Shown here piece by piece: positions 57,801 to 64,000 of a stretch of 64,000 nt of DNA; within the stretch, counting starts at the first letter, position 1; every line of letters starts with the position of its first letter. The stretch is from a virus. Its lineage: Duplodnaviria > Caudoviricetes. The stretch spans positions 1 through 64,000 of the IMG/VR virus record IMGVR_UViG_3300028048_003180; one strand, given 5' to 3'. The translations under genes and the position numbers were made by a program. The notes beneath the pieces were generated by a model. That model saw only the letters and a list, made by a program, of their open reading frames with translations, was not told the origin of the DNA and ran no database searches.

Positions 57801-58479
57801 TCACCCTATAGGACAGACAAACTCCCTGTTATTCGACACACAGCCAATAGATTGTGCAAACATCATAAAGTCGCCCTACCTCTTCGGAATAAATGACGGC
57901 AAGACGCTGGACGCTGCGGGCGGGACCCTTGCCATACTTGCAAAGGACACTGACAAGATAGTTACGAACATATTTGAAAGCAAGGCTATAAGGGATATGG
58001 TGAGCAACATCACCCCGGCAGGTATAATCCAGATGTACGGCGGAACTACGGCTCCTGAAGGATGGCTCTTTTGTAACGGAGAGGAAGTCCCTACGGCCCA
58101 ATATCCGAGGCTGTACGCCGCAATAGGGAATACGTATGGAACTCCGAAGACGACGGGGAACTTTGTCCTTCCTGATTTCCGCGAATGCGTACCTGTCGGA
58201 GCAGGACAAAGCAACAGGTCAGCCATATCAACCCATGATGTATTCAGCCTCGGCCAATACAAGAATGACTGTATACAGAACATCACTGGATGGGGCACAG
58301 GAACCCCCGTTAATTCTAGTGGTGGGGGAGCATTTTATAGTGACCCGGTAGACTTTGGTGGTTTTGGAGGTGGAAATTACCGTTTTAAGCAGTTACTGTT
58401 CGATGCCTCCCGCCAAGTCCGTACCAGCTCAGTAACACGAACTAAACAGATTGGTACAAACTACATCATTAAGTATTAA
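54892..58479 (+). CDS. Tail fibre with BspA-type leucine-rich repeats and C-terminal tail-collar domain
   Basis: Many MFxxCxxLxxxxL repeats; PAGIIQMYGG...GWLFCNG...LPDFR...NYIIKY. Confidence 0.85.
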   Translation: MSYEVTLGNYQSVIGALPANTASTPYDVVITDGENLAPNVLRPVQAAKRYVNLSFTPATVESDSIRNLFRAGSVTLYLVSCDMSNLDLSNVTDAVSMFGNVSLKTVVLPPMENLTTAAEMFSWCDSLESITLPAMPEVTNVGGMFQVCRALKNITLPATMPKVTAAYSMFQGCESLESITLPAMPEVTNVKGMILQCSALKKVDISGLASGTNTENLFRLCPALKEITVATTNYETYVSALDENTAATPYDVIIADDTFDGDVLLNDIFSSMVQSGRFVKISFSGGTFGGFTLCSDYAYPESDYLIECDMSSMACTNLIYVQGFRNCKNLKKVKMPNITSSAPCTANGCFFGCASLTEVEFLPANFDLTQDMFSLCSSLEQVDLSKIQLKDTGRMFQNCTALKDVVLPDLSSVSSAASMFVRCSNLVTVDISTLTAAANVYDLFLGCSSLKTVVLPASMASTNAKGMFYGCSSLEDITLPVMPEVTNANEMFYRCSALKTADVSGIAATADVSNIFQECTVLEEITVTTVNYETIVSALNENTAATPYGIVISDGENLRPSAMKVDETGRYVNLGFRPAVVERQDIESLFDYNSTITHQYLISCDMSNLDMSNVTYAKGAFHSNKGLKTVVMPSLRNVWNSAEMFLGCNALENVTLPDMSKVTDAVSMFYNCRSLEHVDIGTFRKLEDALNMFCSCHSLVEIDATNLTELTDAESMFADCGALENVTLPDMSKITKASYMFQECLSLESIDLSPLENVVNARSMFFKSGITTVNISGMNNLKYAANMFKQCASLESVDISGMENVEDAEEMFAVCEALTHVNISGMGNVTNATGMFFGDQTLESANLTSLVSATNGDGMFSSCVSLEEVSVPPALTNVNGLFMNCPDLTTVKNFKWDFSNMENTTNCFSGCSSLTHLYYYSDNDPALIIPNDDWLLYYKGGASASEGYTLTAYDRKGNVVLSESLGRPQIHPIGQTNSLLFDTQPIDCANIIKSPYLFGINDGKTLDAAGGTLAILAKDTDKIVTNIFESKAIRDMVSNITPAGIIQMYGGTTAPEGWLFCNGEEVPTAQYPRLYAAIGNTYGTPKTTGNFVLPDFRECVPVGAGQSNRSAISTHDVFSLGQYKNDCIQNITGWGTGTPVNSSGGGAFYSDPVDFGGFGGGNYRFKQLLFDASRQVRTSSVTRTKQIGTNYIIKY
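58238..58289 (+). repeat. Left 52-bp inverted repeat inside the fibre gene
   Basis: ATGTATTCAGCCTCGGCCAATACAAGAATGACTGTATACAGAACATCACTGG. Confidence 0.95.
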
Positions 58480-58753
58480 TACTTTATAATGTAATTTATA
58501 CCCAACTCCTTTGTTCTGGTAACTGAACTTGTCCTTACATTTCTAGAAGCGTCAAAGCTAACAAGTCTTCGAGTTCTGGCGTCATCGTTCATAGTAACTT
58601 TAGGGCTCGTATACTCAAGGTCAGTAAGAGAAAAAGCTCCGTAAGGCTCAAAACCAAAAGGAATATTAGCACTGCCTCCCATGCCGTACATCTTAAATCC
58701 GCCAGTGATGTTCTGTATACAGTCATTCTTGTATTGGCCGAGGCTGAATACAT
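58476..58753 (-). other. Silent alternative fibre C-terminus
   Basis: VFSLGQYKNDCIQNITG + different middle + RTSSVTRTK...NYIIKY-stop. Confidence 0.9.
58702..58753 (-). repeat. Right 52-bp inverted repeat
   Basis: Exact reverse complement of 58238-58289. Confidence 0.95.
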
Positions 58754-58779
58754 TTTTTTTTGCTTGACATTGGGATTCT

Positions 58780-58808
58780 TTGCAAAAAAAATACCACAAT
58801 CTTATGAT
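58780..58808 (+). promoter_or_regulatory. A-tract promoter (probably leaderless)
   Basis: TTGCAA-17-TATGAT; ATG after a 6-nt gap. Confidence 0.6.
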
Positions 58809-58814
58809 GGTCTT

Positions 58815-59786
58815 ATGCTATCAATAGTAGTTTTGTTTTGTGAGAAAGACATGTGGCATATACCGGGACTGGTACGCCACATGAAGGAAACCTTCAAGGA
58901 TGAGTACGAGCTTGTGCTTATAGACAACAGGAAGGACAAATCTACGCCTCCGCCTGACGTAGGATGGCCAGTCTATGAGGCATCAGGGGACGGGACTTTC
59001 GAGGGGCGCAGGTTCTCACTGACGAAATGCAGGGGAAAATACGTCTGGTTCGTGGATGCGGACGACATAACCCTTGACTGGAGCGGTTTTGTAGACCTTG
59101 ACAGTCAGGATGCGGACTTCCTGTTCTTCAATGCGGCGGAGCTCAGGGATGAAAGGTTCGGGCCTATGTACAGCGGTGACATTCCTACATTCCTCATGCA
59201 GCAGGGGGATGTACTCCATGAGGATATAAGGCTTGAAGTGAACCTGGATTCGTTCCTTCACGTGTACCTCCCGCTCTGGAACAAGTTCATAAGGCTTGAT
59301 TTTGCAAGGCGGGTCTATGACATGGTGCCTCCCCTTCCCTCTGTCACAGACCACGAAGACTCCCTTATGAGCGCAATGCTCCTCAAACATGCAGAGTCTG
59401 TTTCTGACTGGACGGACAAGACCATTTACATCTATGACTCAAGGACAAGCACTTCATCGGTTGGAACGTCTCAGACGGTCGCGAAGTATAAGGCACTGAA
59501 CAAGGGGCAGCAGAGGCTGCTGGAGTTTGCAAAGGGACACTTTACGGAGAAGGAGTGGTCAGACCTTGGCCTTGACCTGTATTTCTACGGTGACTATTAC
59601 TGGAGGTTCCGGAAAATCCAGTCCTTGCCGGAGAAAGTGGAGGTCTTGAGGTTTATTACCGAAGAGTTCAGTTATGAGAACATACTGGGAATGCTGAAGT
59701 TTGCAGAGCAGTTTGACGAGTACAACCGCCGGATTATCATGGAAAGGTGTATCACCCGTTACTGCCTGAAGGATGTAAAGTTCTAA
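58815..59786 (+). CDS. Glycosyltransferase family 2
   Basis: LSIVV...ELVLIDN...GKYVWFVDADD, LWNKF, ED. Confidence 0.85.
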   Translation: MLSIVVLFCEKDMWHIPGLVRHMKETFKDEYELVLIDNRKDKSTPPPDVGWPVYEASGDGTFEGRRFSLTKCRGKYVWFVDADDITLDWSGFVDLDSQDADFLFFNAAELRDERFGPMYSGDIPTFLMQQGDVLHEDIRLEVNLDSFLHVYLPLWNKFIRLDFARRVYDMVPPLPSVTDHEDSLMSAMLLKHAESVSDWTDKTIYIYDSRTSTSSVGTSQTVAKYKALNKGQQRLLEFAKGHFTEKEWSDLGLDLYFYGDYYWRFRKIQSLPEKVEVLRFITEEFSYENILGMLKFAEQFDEYNRRIIMERCITRYCLKDVKF

Positions 59787-60439
59787 ATCGTCCTGCTGAG
59801 GACTCCCAGTACGCGCCCTACCACCATGAACCTGCACTTGTCATACTCGTCAAGCCTTACCGTGTAAGGGGGGTACCTTGTGTTGTCGCAGGCAACGCTC
59901 GTTTCATGGGGAAGTTGCGAAAGCCTTTTCACTGAAACCTGTCCGCCAAGGCTTACCGCATATAGCCCGTTGGCCGTAACTGCTGACGTTTCGGAGCATA
60001 TAACAACGGAGCCGTTGGGAATCGTAGGTTCCATGTAGTCGCCTGAGACCCGGACGCATACCTTGGAGCCGGACGTGGACTCAAGCCATTCGGGTGCAGG
60101 AATCCAGAGTGCCGCCTTCCGCGGGGGAAACAGTTCGTCTGAAAGGACAGGCACGAAAGTCCCGCTTTCAGAGCCGCTGCCTCCTATGACCACAACCCTG
60201 TTGTCTTTCCCTTCAAGAAGGAACTCAACGGAGGTGTCCAGTATCTTGGATATTCTGAGGACTGTATGGGAGTTCGGGTATGAAGCCTGGTGCTTCCAGT
60301 CGGAGAATACGTTTGAGTTAAGTCCGGCCTGCCTTATGAGCTCATTTTTCGTCATGTTCTTGTCATGCAGGAGTTTCTCTATACGCACGATAAACTCCGG
60401 CGGCAGCCTTTCCTTTTTTTGTTTGTGATTTGTTTCCAT
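59783..60439 (-). CDS. CI-like repressor (XRE HTH + S24 domain with GDYM in place of GDSM)
   Basis: HTH LIRQAGLNSNVFSDWK; VSGDYMEPTI...VKRL. Confidence 0.85.
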   Translation of the reverse strand: METNHKQKKERLPPEFIVRIEKLLHDKNMTKNELIRQAGLNSNVFSDWKHQASYPNSHTVLRISKILDTSVEFLLEGKDNRVVVIGGSGSESGTFVPVLSDELFPPRKAALWIPAPEWLESTSGSKVCVRVSGDYMEPTIPNGSVVICSETSAVTANGLYAVSLGGQVSVKRLSQLPHETSVACDNTRYPPYTVRLDEYDKCRFMVVGRVLGVLSRTI

Positions 60440-60445
60440 AAGGAT

Positions 60446-60474
60446 ATATTAGCGCGGCAAGAAACAAAATGCAA
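60446..60474 (-). promoter_or_regulatory. Leaderless repressor promoter
   Basis: TTGCAT-17-TAATAT, 6-nt gap to ATG. Confidence 0.65.
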
Positions 60475-60478
60475 CCAT

Positions 60479-60523
60479 CAAGGAAAAACTTGACTTATAC
60501 AAGATTTTACGTTATCCTATAAT
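60479..60523 (+). promoter_or_regulatory. Divergent promoter with possible operator
   Basis: TTGACT-17-TATCCT; TCAAG-N6-CTTGA overlaps the -35. Confidence 0.45.
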
Positions 60524-60567
60524 TAGTCATATCTTGATATATTTCATTATATTATGAGGTTTTTGTT

Positions 60568-60741
60568 ATGGAGAAAAAGGACTATAATATCATTTTGACC
60601 GTAAAGGACGTGGCGGAGCTCTTCAAGGTTGAGGAGCAGACCGTCTACCACTGGGCCAACAACGGAACCCTGCCGTCCTTCAAGATAGGCAAGGTCATCC
60701 GTTTCAGAAGGAATGAAATATTTGGAATGCTTGATATTTAA
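60568..60741 (+). CDS. Excisionase/Cro-like HTH_17 protein (not in ORF track)
   Basis: MEKKDYNIILTVKDVAELFKVEEQTVYHWANNGTLPSFKIGKVIRF; RBS GAGGT. Confidence 0.85.
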   Translation: MEKKDYNIILTVKDVAELFKVEEQTVYHWANNGTLPSFKIGKVIRFRRNEIFGMLDI

Positions 60742-60753
60742 GGAAGGGGCATT

Positions 60754-60978
60754 ATGGACAAGTGGACGGACAATCCTGAAGACAGGACGGTGGATGCCAT
60801 CACGAGGCGTTACAAGGTGTGCAGGAAACGCACGGAGGCACTTTGCAAAAAGCACGGAGGGGATGATTTTTCAGAACCCTTGCCCGGTCAACAACCCCCA
60901 CCTAAAGGAAGGGGCTTGCAAAAGCCCTTGTTGACTAGACCAAGTGCTTCGGGCACTACGTTATCCGTGAATACATAG
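60754..60978 (+). CDS. Small protein whose 3' end is interrupted by the omega-RNA element
   Basis: RBS AAGGGG; residues after EPLP derive from the element. Confidence 0.45.
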   Translation: MDKWTDNPEDRTVDAITRRYKVCRKRTEALCKKHGGDDFSEPLPGQQPPPKGRGLQKPLLTRPSASGTTLSVNT

Positions 60979-61140
60979 GCACCAGTGGATGTTCGGTCTA
61001 GTCCACTGCTCTGCGGTACATGGTTAAACAGTTCTGAGGGGTAGGAACAGTGCTGTGTACTTAAAACCACGGAATAACATCGTCTAAGACCGCAAACAGA
61101 CCTGGGTAAGTCTGAGCCGGTTCTTGTTACCGGCTGTTAA
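60887..61140 (+). ncRNA. IscB-type omega (HEARO) RNA scaffold
   Basis: GTCAACAACCCC...GTTGACTAGAC...CTACGTT...GGCACC...GGATG...CTAGTCC...CTCTGCG...GTTAAACAG...AAACC...ATAACAT blocks. Confidence 0.8.
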
Positions 61141-61217
61141 ACTGCCTAATTTTTACAGGAGGTAAAAAGGTGCTCCTCCTCCAGCTAAAGCAAGGGGTTT
61201 CCGCACCTTAATTTGCA
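60887..61217. mobile_element. Non-coding IS200/IS605-type element carrying only an omega/HEARO RNA
   Basis: Both terminal hairpins resemble the ends of IS copy 1 in reverse orientation; followed by ATAAA; no iscB. Confidence 0.8.
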
Positions 61218-61224
61218 ATAAACG

Positions 61225-61257
61225 AAAGCCGTGGGTTGGTTCCTGCGGCTTTTTTTT
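61225..61257 (+). terminator. Intrinsic terminator
   Basis: AAAGCCGTGGG...CCTGCGGCTTT plus T-run. Confidence 0.75.
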
Positions 61258-61350
61258 GTTACTGAGCCTTAGCTACAGACTTGTAAAAACTTGGCAATAT
61301 AAGAAAGTTTCTTGACTTTATAAAGATTTTTCTGGTAATATATTAAAGTA

Positions 61351-61572
61351 ATGCCACTCCTTAAAATAACAATTCCTTGGAAAACTGCCGGAAGCAAGAA
61401 GAAAATTCGCGAGAGTACAGTCCTTGACGGGGTATTCAACATAGAAAGCCCGTCCGGGAAGTCCGTCTGGTTCAAGCGGGCTGGCAGCAGGTGGCTTTGT
61501 TACTGCGGGAGGGCAAGATTCTTTGACAGCATGACGGGCCTGCTTGAGTGGGCTGATTCTTTTCTGGAGTAG
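61351..61572 (+). CDS. Hypothetical protein
   Basis: Preceded by TTGACT-18-TAATAT at 61312-61341. Confidence 0.5.
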   Translation: MPLLKITIPWKTAGSKKKIRESTVLDGVFNIESPSGKSVWFKRAGSRWLCYCGRARFFDSMTGLLEWADSFLE

Positions 61573-61576
61573 ATTT

Positions 61577-61918
61577 GTGAAACAGAAGAAGACTGAGAAG
61601 CTTTATAAGGAAATCGTAAAGAAAGAGATTGACGGCGGCATGACCTGCGAGGAGGTCGTAAAAAAATACCCGGTGTCAATGTACTATGCGCGGAAATGGT
61701 CGAACGACGTATACCACAAGAAAGACCTGAACCACTATGTACGCGACAGGTACAAGTGGGTTGTGGACGAGTTCAGCATAAAGCTCGCAGGCTCTCTTGC
61801 TGACGAGCTTCCAGTCTGCATCCAGGAAGACATAACGGACGAGATGTGGGAACGGTGGAACGGGGTTATAAAGCAGAGCCTTTATGACTTCTCTAAGGAA
61901 ATAATCAAGAAAAACTAA
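61577..61918 (+). CDS. Hypothetical HTH-like protein
   Basis: GMTCEEVVKKYPVS...RKW; RBS GGAG. Confidence 0.55.
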   Translation: MKQKKTEKLYKEIVKKEIDGGMTCEEVVKKYPVSMYYARKWSNDVYHKKDLNHYVRDRYKWVVDEFSIKLAGSLADELPVCIQEDITDEMWERWNGVIKQSLYDFSKEIIKKN

Positions 61919-61936
61919 TATACACAGGAGATTTTT

Positions 61937-62359
61937 ATGTCAAAGAACACAAACATGGTTGTCGTGTCAGGCAACATCGTAAGGGACGTCGAGCTCAATG
62001 AGTCACAGACTTTAATCCGCTTCTGCATTGCGAACTCCGAGTCAGTGAAGAAGGACGGCAAGTGGGAGGAGTACACCAACTACTTCGACATCAAGGGATT
62101 CGGCGGTACCGTAAAGCTTGCACCTTACCTTGTGAAAGGTACTAAGGTAATCGTTACCGGATCACTCCATCAGGACAGATGGGAGAAGGACGGCCAGAAG
62201 AACAGCCGCATTGTCATTAACTGTAGCAGCCTTGAGTTCGGAGGCAACGGAAAGAAGAAGGCTGAAAGCCAGGATGAAGGTGCACCAGCCGGGAGTTCAG
62301 GAAGCGGAGAGTTCAAAGAAGACCTCCCCTGGGATGAAAACGAAGATATTCCCTTCTAA
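61937..62359 (+). CDS. ssb: Single-stranded DNA-binding protein
   Basis: VSGNIVRD, KGTKVIVTGSL, acidic EDIPF tail. Confidence 0.95.
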   Translation: MSKNTNMVVVSGNIVRDVELNESQTLIRFCIANSESVKKDGKWEEYTNYFDIKGFGGTVKLAPYLVKGTKVIVTGSLHQDRWEKDGQKNSRIVINCSSLEFGGNGKKKAESQDEGAPAGSSGSGEFKEDLPWDENEDIPF

Positions 62360-62439
62360 TTCTGATGATGAATACGCGCCGCTGAAGGTTCTCGTAAAAG
62401 CCTTCGGCGGCACAATAACTGACAGTCCGCGAGGTTTCA

Positions 62440-62712
62440 ATGGGTTTTGACAAGAGAGAAGTAAGACGCTGTATCAGGTACACAAAGAACATTCCTGCCG
62501 CTATGGTCCTGTACATTGCAAGGAACGGATGCAACGGATTCAAGTGCAGGGGATGTCCCGTTGGCACTGTCTGCGACCACAGGCCAGTCAACTCAAGGGA
62601 TTATGCTGCCGCCCTTCTTTTAGAGATAAAGAAGCGGTACAGCCTTTGGGGAAGGGTCAAAAGATTCCTTAAAGGGCTGAAGAAAAAAATATTCAGGAAG
62701 GCAAGCGCATGA
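62440..62712 (+). CDS. Small Cys-rich protein
   Basis: CNGFKCRGCPVGTVC; RBS GAGGT. Confidence 0.55.
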   Translation: MGFDKREVRRCIRYTKNIPAAMVLYIARNGCNGFKCRGCPVGTVCDHRPVNSRDYAAALLLEIKKRYSLWGRVKRFLKGLKKKIFRKASA

Positions 62713-63491
62713 TGGCGGTTTTTGCCCAGAGGGTAACGTTCATACTGAACAAGAAGTGCAATGCCCACTGCCCGTTCTGCATACAGCATAGCATGAAAGG
62801 CCTGGAAGATTTACCTGATGACGAGATTTTCAGCAACTTCATTAAGTGTATTGACCATATAGAGGGGATTACCAACATAAACGTGCAGCTCATGGGTGGA
62901 GAGCCTACGCTGTGGAGCCCCTACCTTATCCACAAGATACAGGACAGGCTTGAGAAGTATGAAAGGTACATGATATTTACCAACGGTGCAGACAAAAACT
63001 CCGAGTGGTACAAGGACAAGAAGGCTCTTTTCCTGTGGCACGTCACTGACTGGGACGACGTGAGGGTGCTTGAGTGGAAGGACAATGAGCAGCCGAAAAT
63101 AGTAGTTACGCACAAGAACATAGACAGGCTTGAGGAGTTCCTCGAGGTGAATTATAGGCTCAACAGGGAGAGGGGTATAACAATCTCTCCATGCGTGGAG
63201 TCAGGGGAACTGACCGCGACCCCGGAGGACATCATAAGGATAGCGGAGCTTCAGGTAAAGACGGAGAGCCGCTACAAGAACATGGTGCTTCTTGCCGAGT
63301 GCTTAAAAAGGGGCAATATGGGCAACTGGAGACAGGCCTGCAAGAGATTCGAGACGACATGGAACGTTGACTGCCAGACAATGACGGTAGAGCCATGCTG
63401 CGGCAACAACTACGAGAGGAAACTTTACCCCCTTGAGGAGTTCACAGGTCAGAAACCGGAAGACTGCGGGAACTGTGTGTACGCTCTTTAG
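62709..63491 (+). CDS. Radical SAM protein
   Basis: CNAHCPFC, MGGEPTL, FTNG, C-terminal Cys cluster. Confidence 0.9.
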   Translation: MMAVFAQRVTFILNKKCNAHCPFCIQHSMKGLEDLPDDEIFSNFIKCIDHIEGITNINVQLMGGEPTLWSPYLIHKIQDRLEKYERYMIFTNGADKNSEWYKDKKALFLWHVTDWDDVRVLEWKDNEQPKIVVTHKNIDRLEEFLEVNYRLNRERGITISPCVESGELTATPEDIIRIAELQVKTESRYKNMVLLAECLKRGNMGNWRQACKRFETTWNVDCQTMTVEPCCGNNYERKLYPLEEFTGQKPEDCGNCVYAL

Positions 63492-63492
63492 G

Positions 63493-63521
63493 TTGGCAAA
63501 AAAAATAAATGCGTTTACGCT
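63493..63521 (+). promoter_or_regulatory. A-tract promoter
   Basis: TTGGCA-17-TACGCT, A8 run. Confidence 0.5.
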
Positions 63522-63540
63522 CCGATAAACGGAGGCTTTT

Positions 63541-64000
63541 ATGGCTAAGGAAATAAAGACAGAAGACAGGAAGTTCATAAAATACTGGCTGAAGCACACT
63601 GAGGCCCCTGTCACAAGGACGACACTGGGAACTGGTGCGGTGGAAGTGAGTGTCGGTGACATTACCGAGACTACATACTGGTACCATGAAAGTACGGACG
63701 AAATCCCGAACAGTTTTGTTGACGATATAATCACTACAGGGAAGGACTGCAAGGGCACCGTTGACGAAAAGTTCTGGACTCAGACAGATGAGGAAACCTA
63801 CGCGGCTGAAACCCTCACTTCCATAAGGGAGGACGTGTGGCAGATTAACACCGACAAAGTGACTGACACGGAAGGGGTTCTTGACGTTGAGTATACGCAT
63901 GAATACTCATGGAGCACCTACGACGGGACTAAGGACGTTGAGTACAGAGTTGCAGGAGTCTGCAAGGACTGCAAGTTCTACAAGCCGAACACAGAGATTC
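63541..64000 (+). CDS. Hypothetical protein, runs off the window end
   Basis: RBS GGAGG; MAKEIKTEDRKFIKYWLKH... open to 64000. Confidence 0.7.
   Translation, partial: MAKEIKTEDRKFIKYWLKHTEAPVTRTTLGTGAVEVSVGDITETTYWYHESTDEIPNSFVDDIITTGKDCKGTVDEKFWTQTDEETYAAETLTSIREDVWQINTDKVTDTEGVLDVEYTHEYSWSTYDGTKDVEYRVAGVCKDCKFYKPNTEI

Noticed and set aside
54892-58799. Diversity-generating retroelement acting on the fibre
   Set aside because: No reverse transcriptase in the window; the two tips differ by indels and at all bases, not only adenines
58476-58799. Independent 107-aa gene from the ORF track
   Set aside because: Its first 15 residues come from promoter and A-tract DNA; homology begins at the inverted repeat, so it is treated as a silent cassette
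60547-61070. ORFs 60547-60855, 60713-60934, 60888-61070 as IscB or TnpA
   Set aside because: No PLMP, RuvC, HNH or HUH motifs
1-64000. CRISPR array
   Set aside because: No run of regularly spaced repeats with unique spacers was seen
1-64000. Stop-codon reassignment
   Set aside because: Core genes are full length in the standard code and TAA, TAG and TGA all end genes

Overview
The window is most of one temperate long-tailed (siphovirus-like) phage genome or prophage, read in the standard genetic code. The host is inferred, not shown, to be a spirochaete such as Treponema, from the integrase style, the BspA-type repeats and a DUF261-like lysis gene. In order it holds: a tyrosine integrase; a leftward six-gene cassette of unknown function; replication initiator plus DnaC-like loader; dUTPase; a structured non-coding block; small early genes; a lysis block; terminase, portal and MuF; a fibre-like accessory block; scaffold, capsid, neck and tail genes; tape measure; tail tip; a BspA-repeat/tail-collar fibre; a GT2 glycosyltransferase; a CI/Xis-like switch; SSB; and a radical SAM gene. 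Four IS200/IS605-type elements are present, none with TnpA: three carry tnpB and one carries only an IscB-type omega (HEARO) RNA. The most notable signals are: (1) a fibre C-terminus flanked by perfect 52-bp inverted repeats with a silent alternative tip and no adjacent invertase; (2) a MuF-nuclease fusion followed not by an immunity ORF but by a convergent ~66-nt structured RNA with its own promoter and terminator; (3) eight putative promoters with an A7-A9 tract starting at the end of the -35 box, three of them apparently leaderless; (4) three tRNA-like elements that keep acceptor stem and T-arm but lack a normal D/anticodon domain; (5) a fully overlapping pair of spanin-like ORFs. All family assignments come from reading motifs by eye; no searches were run.
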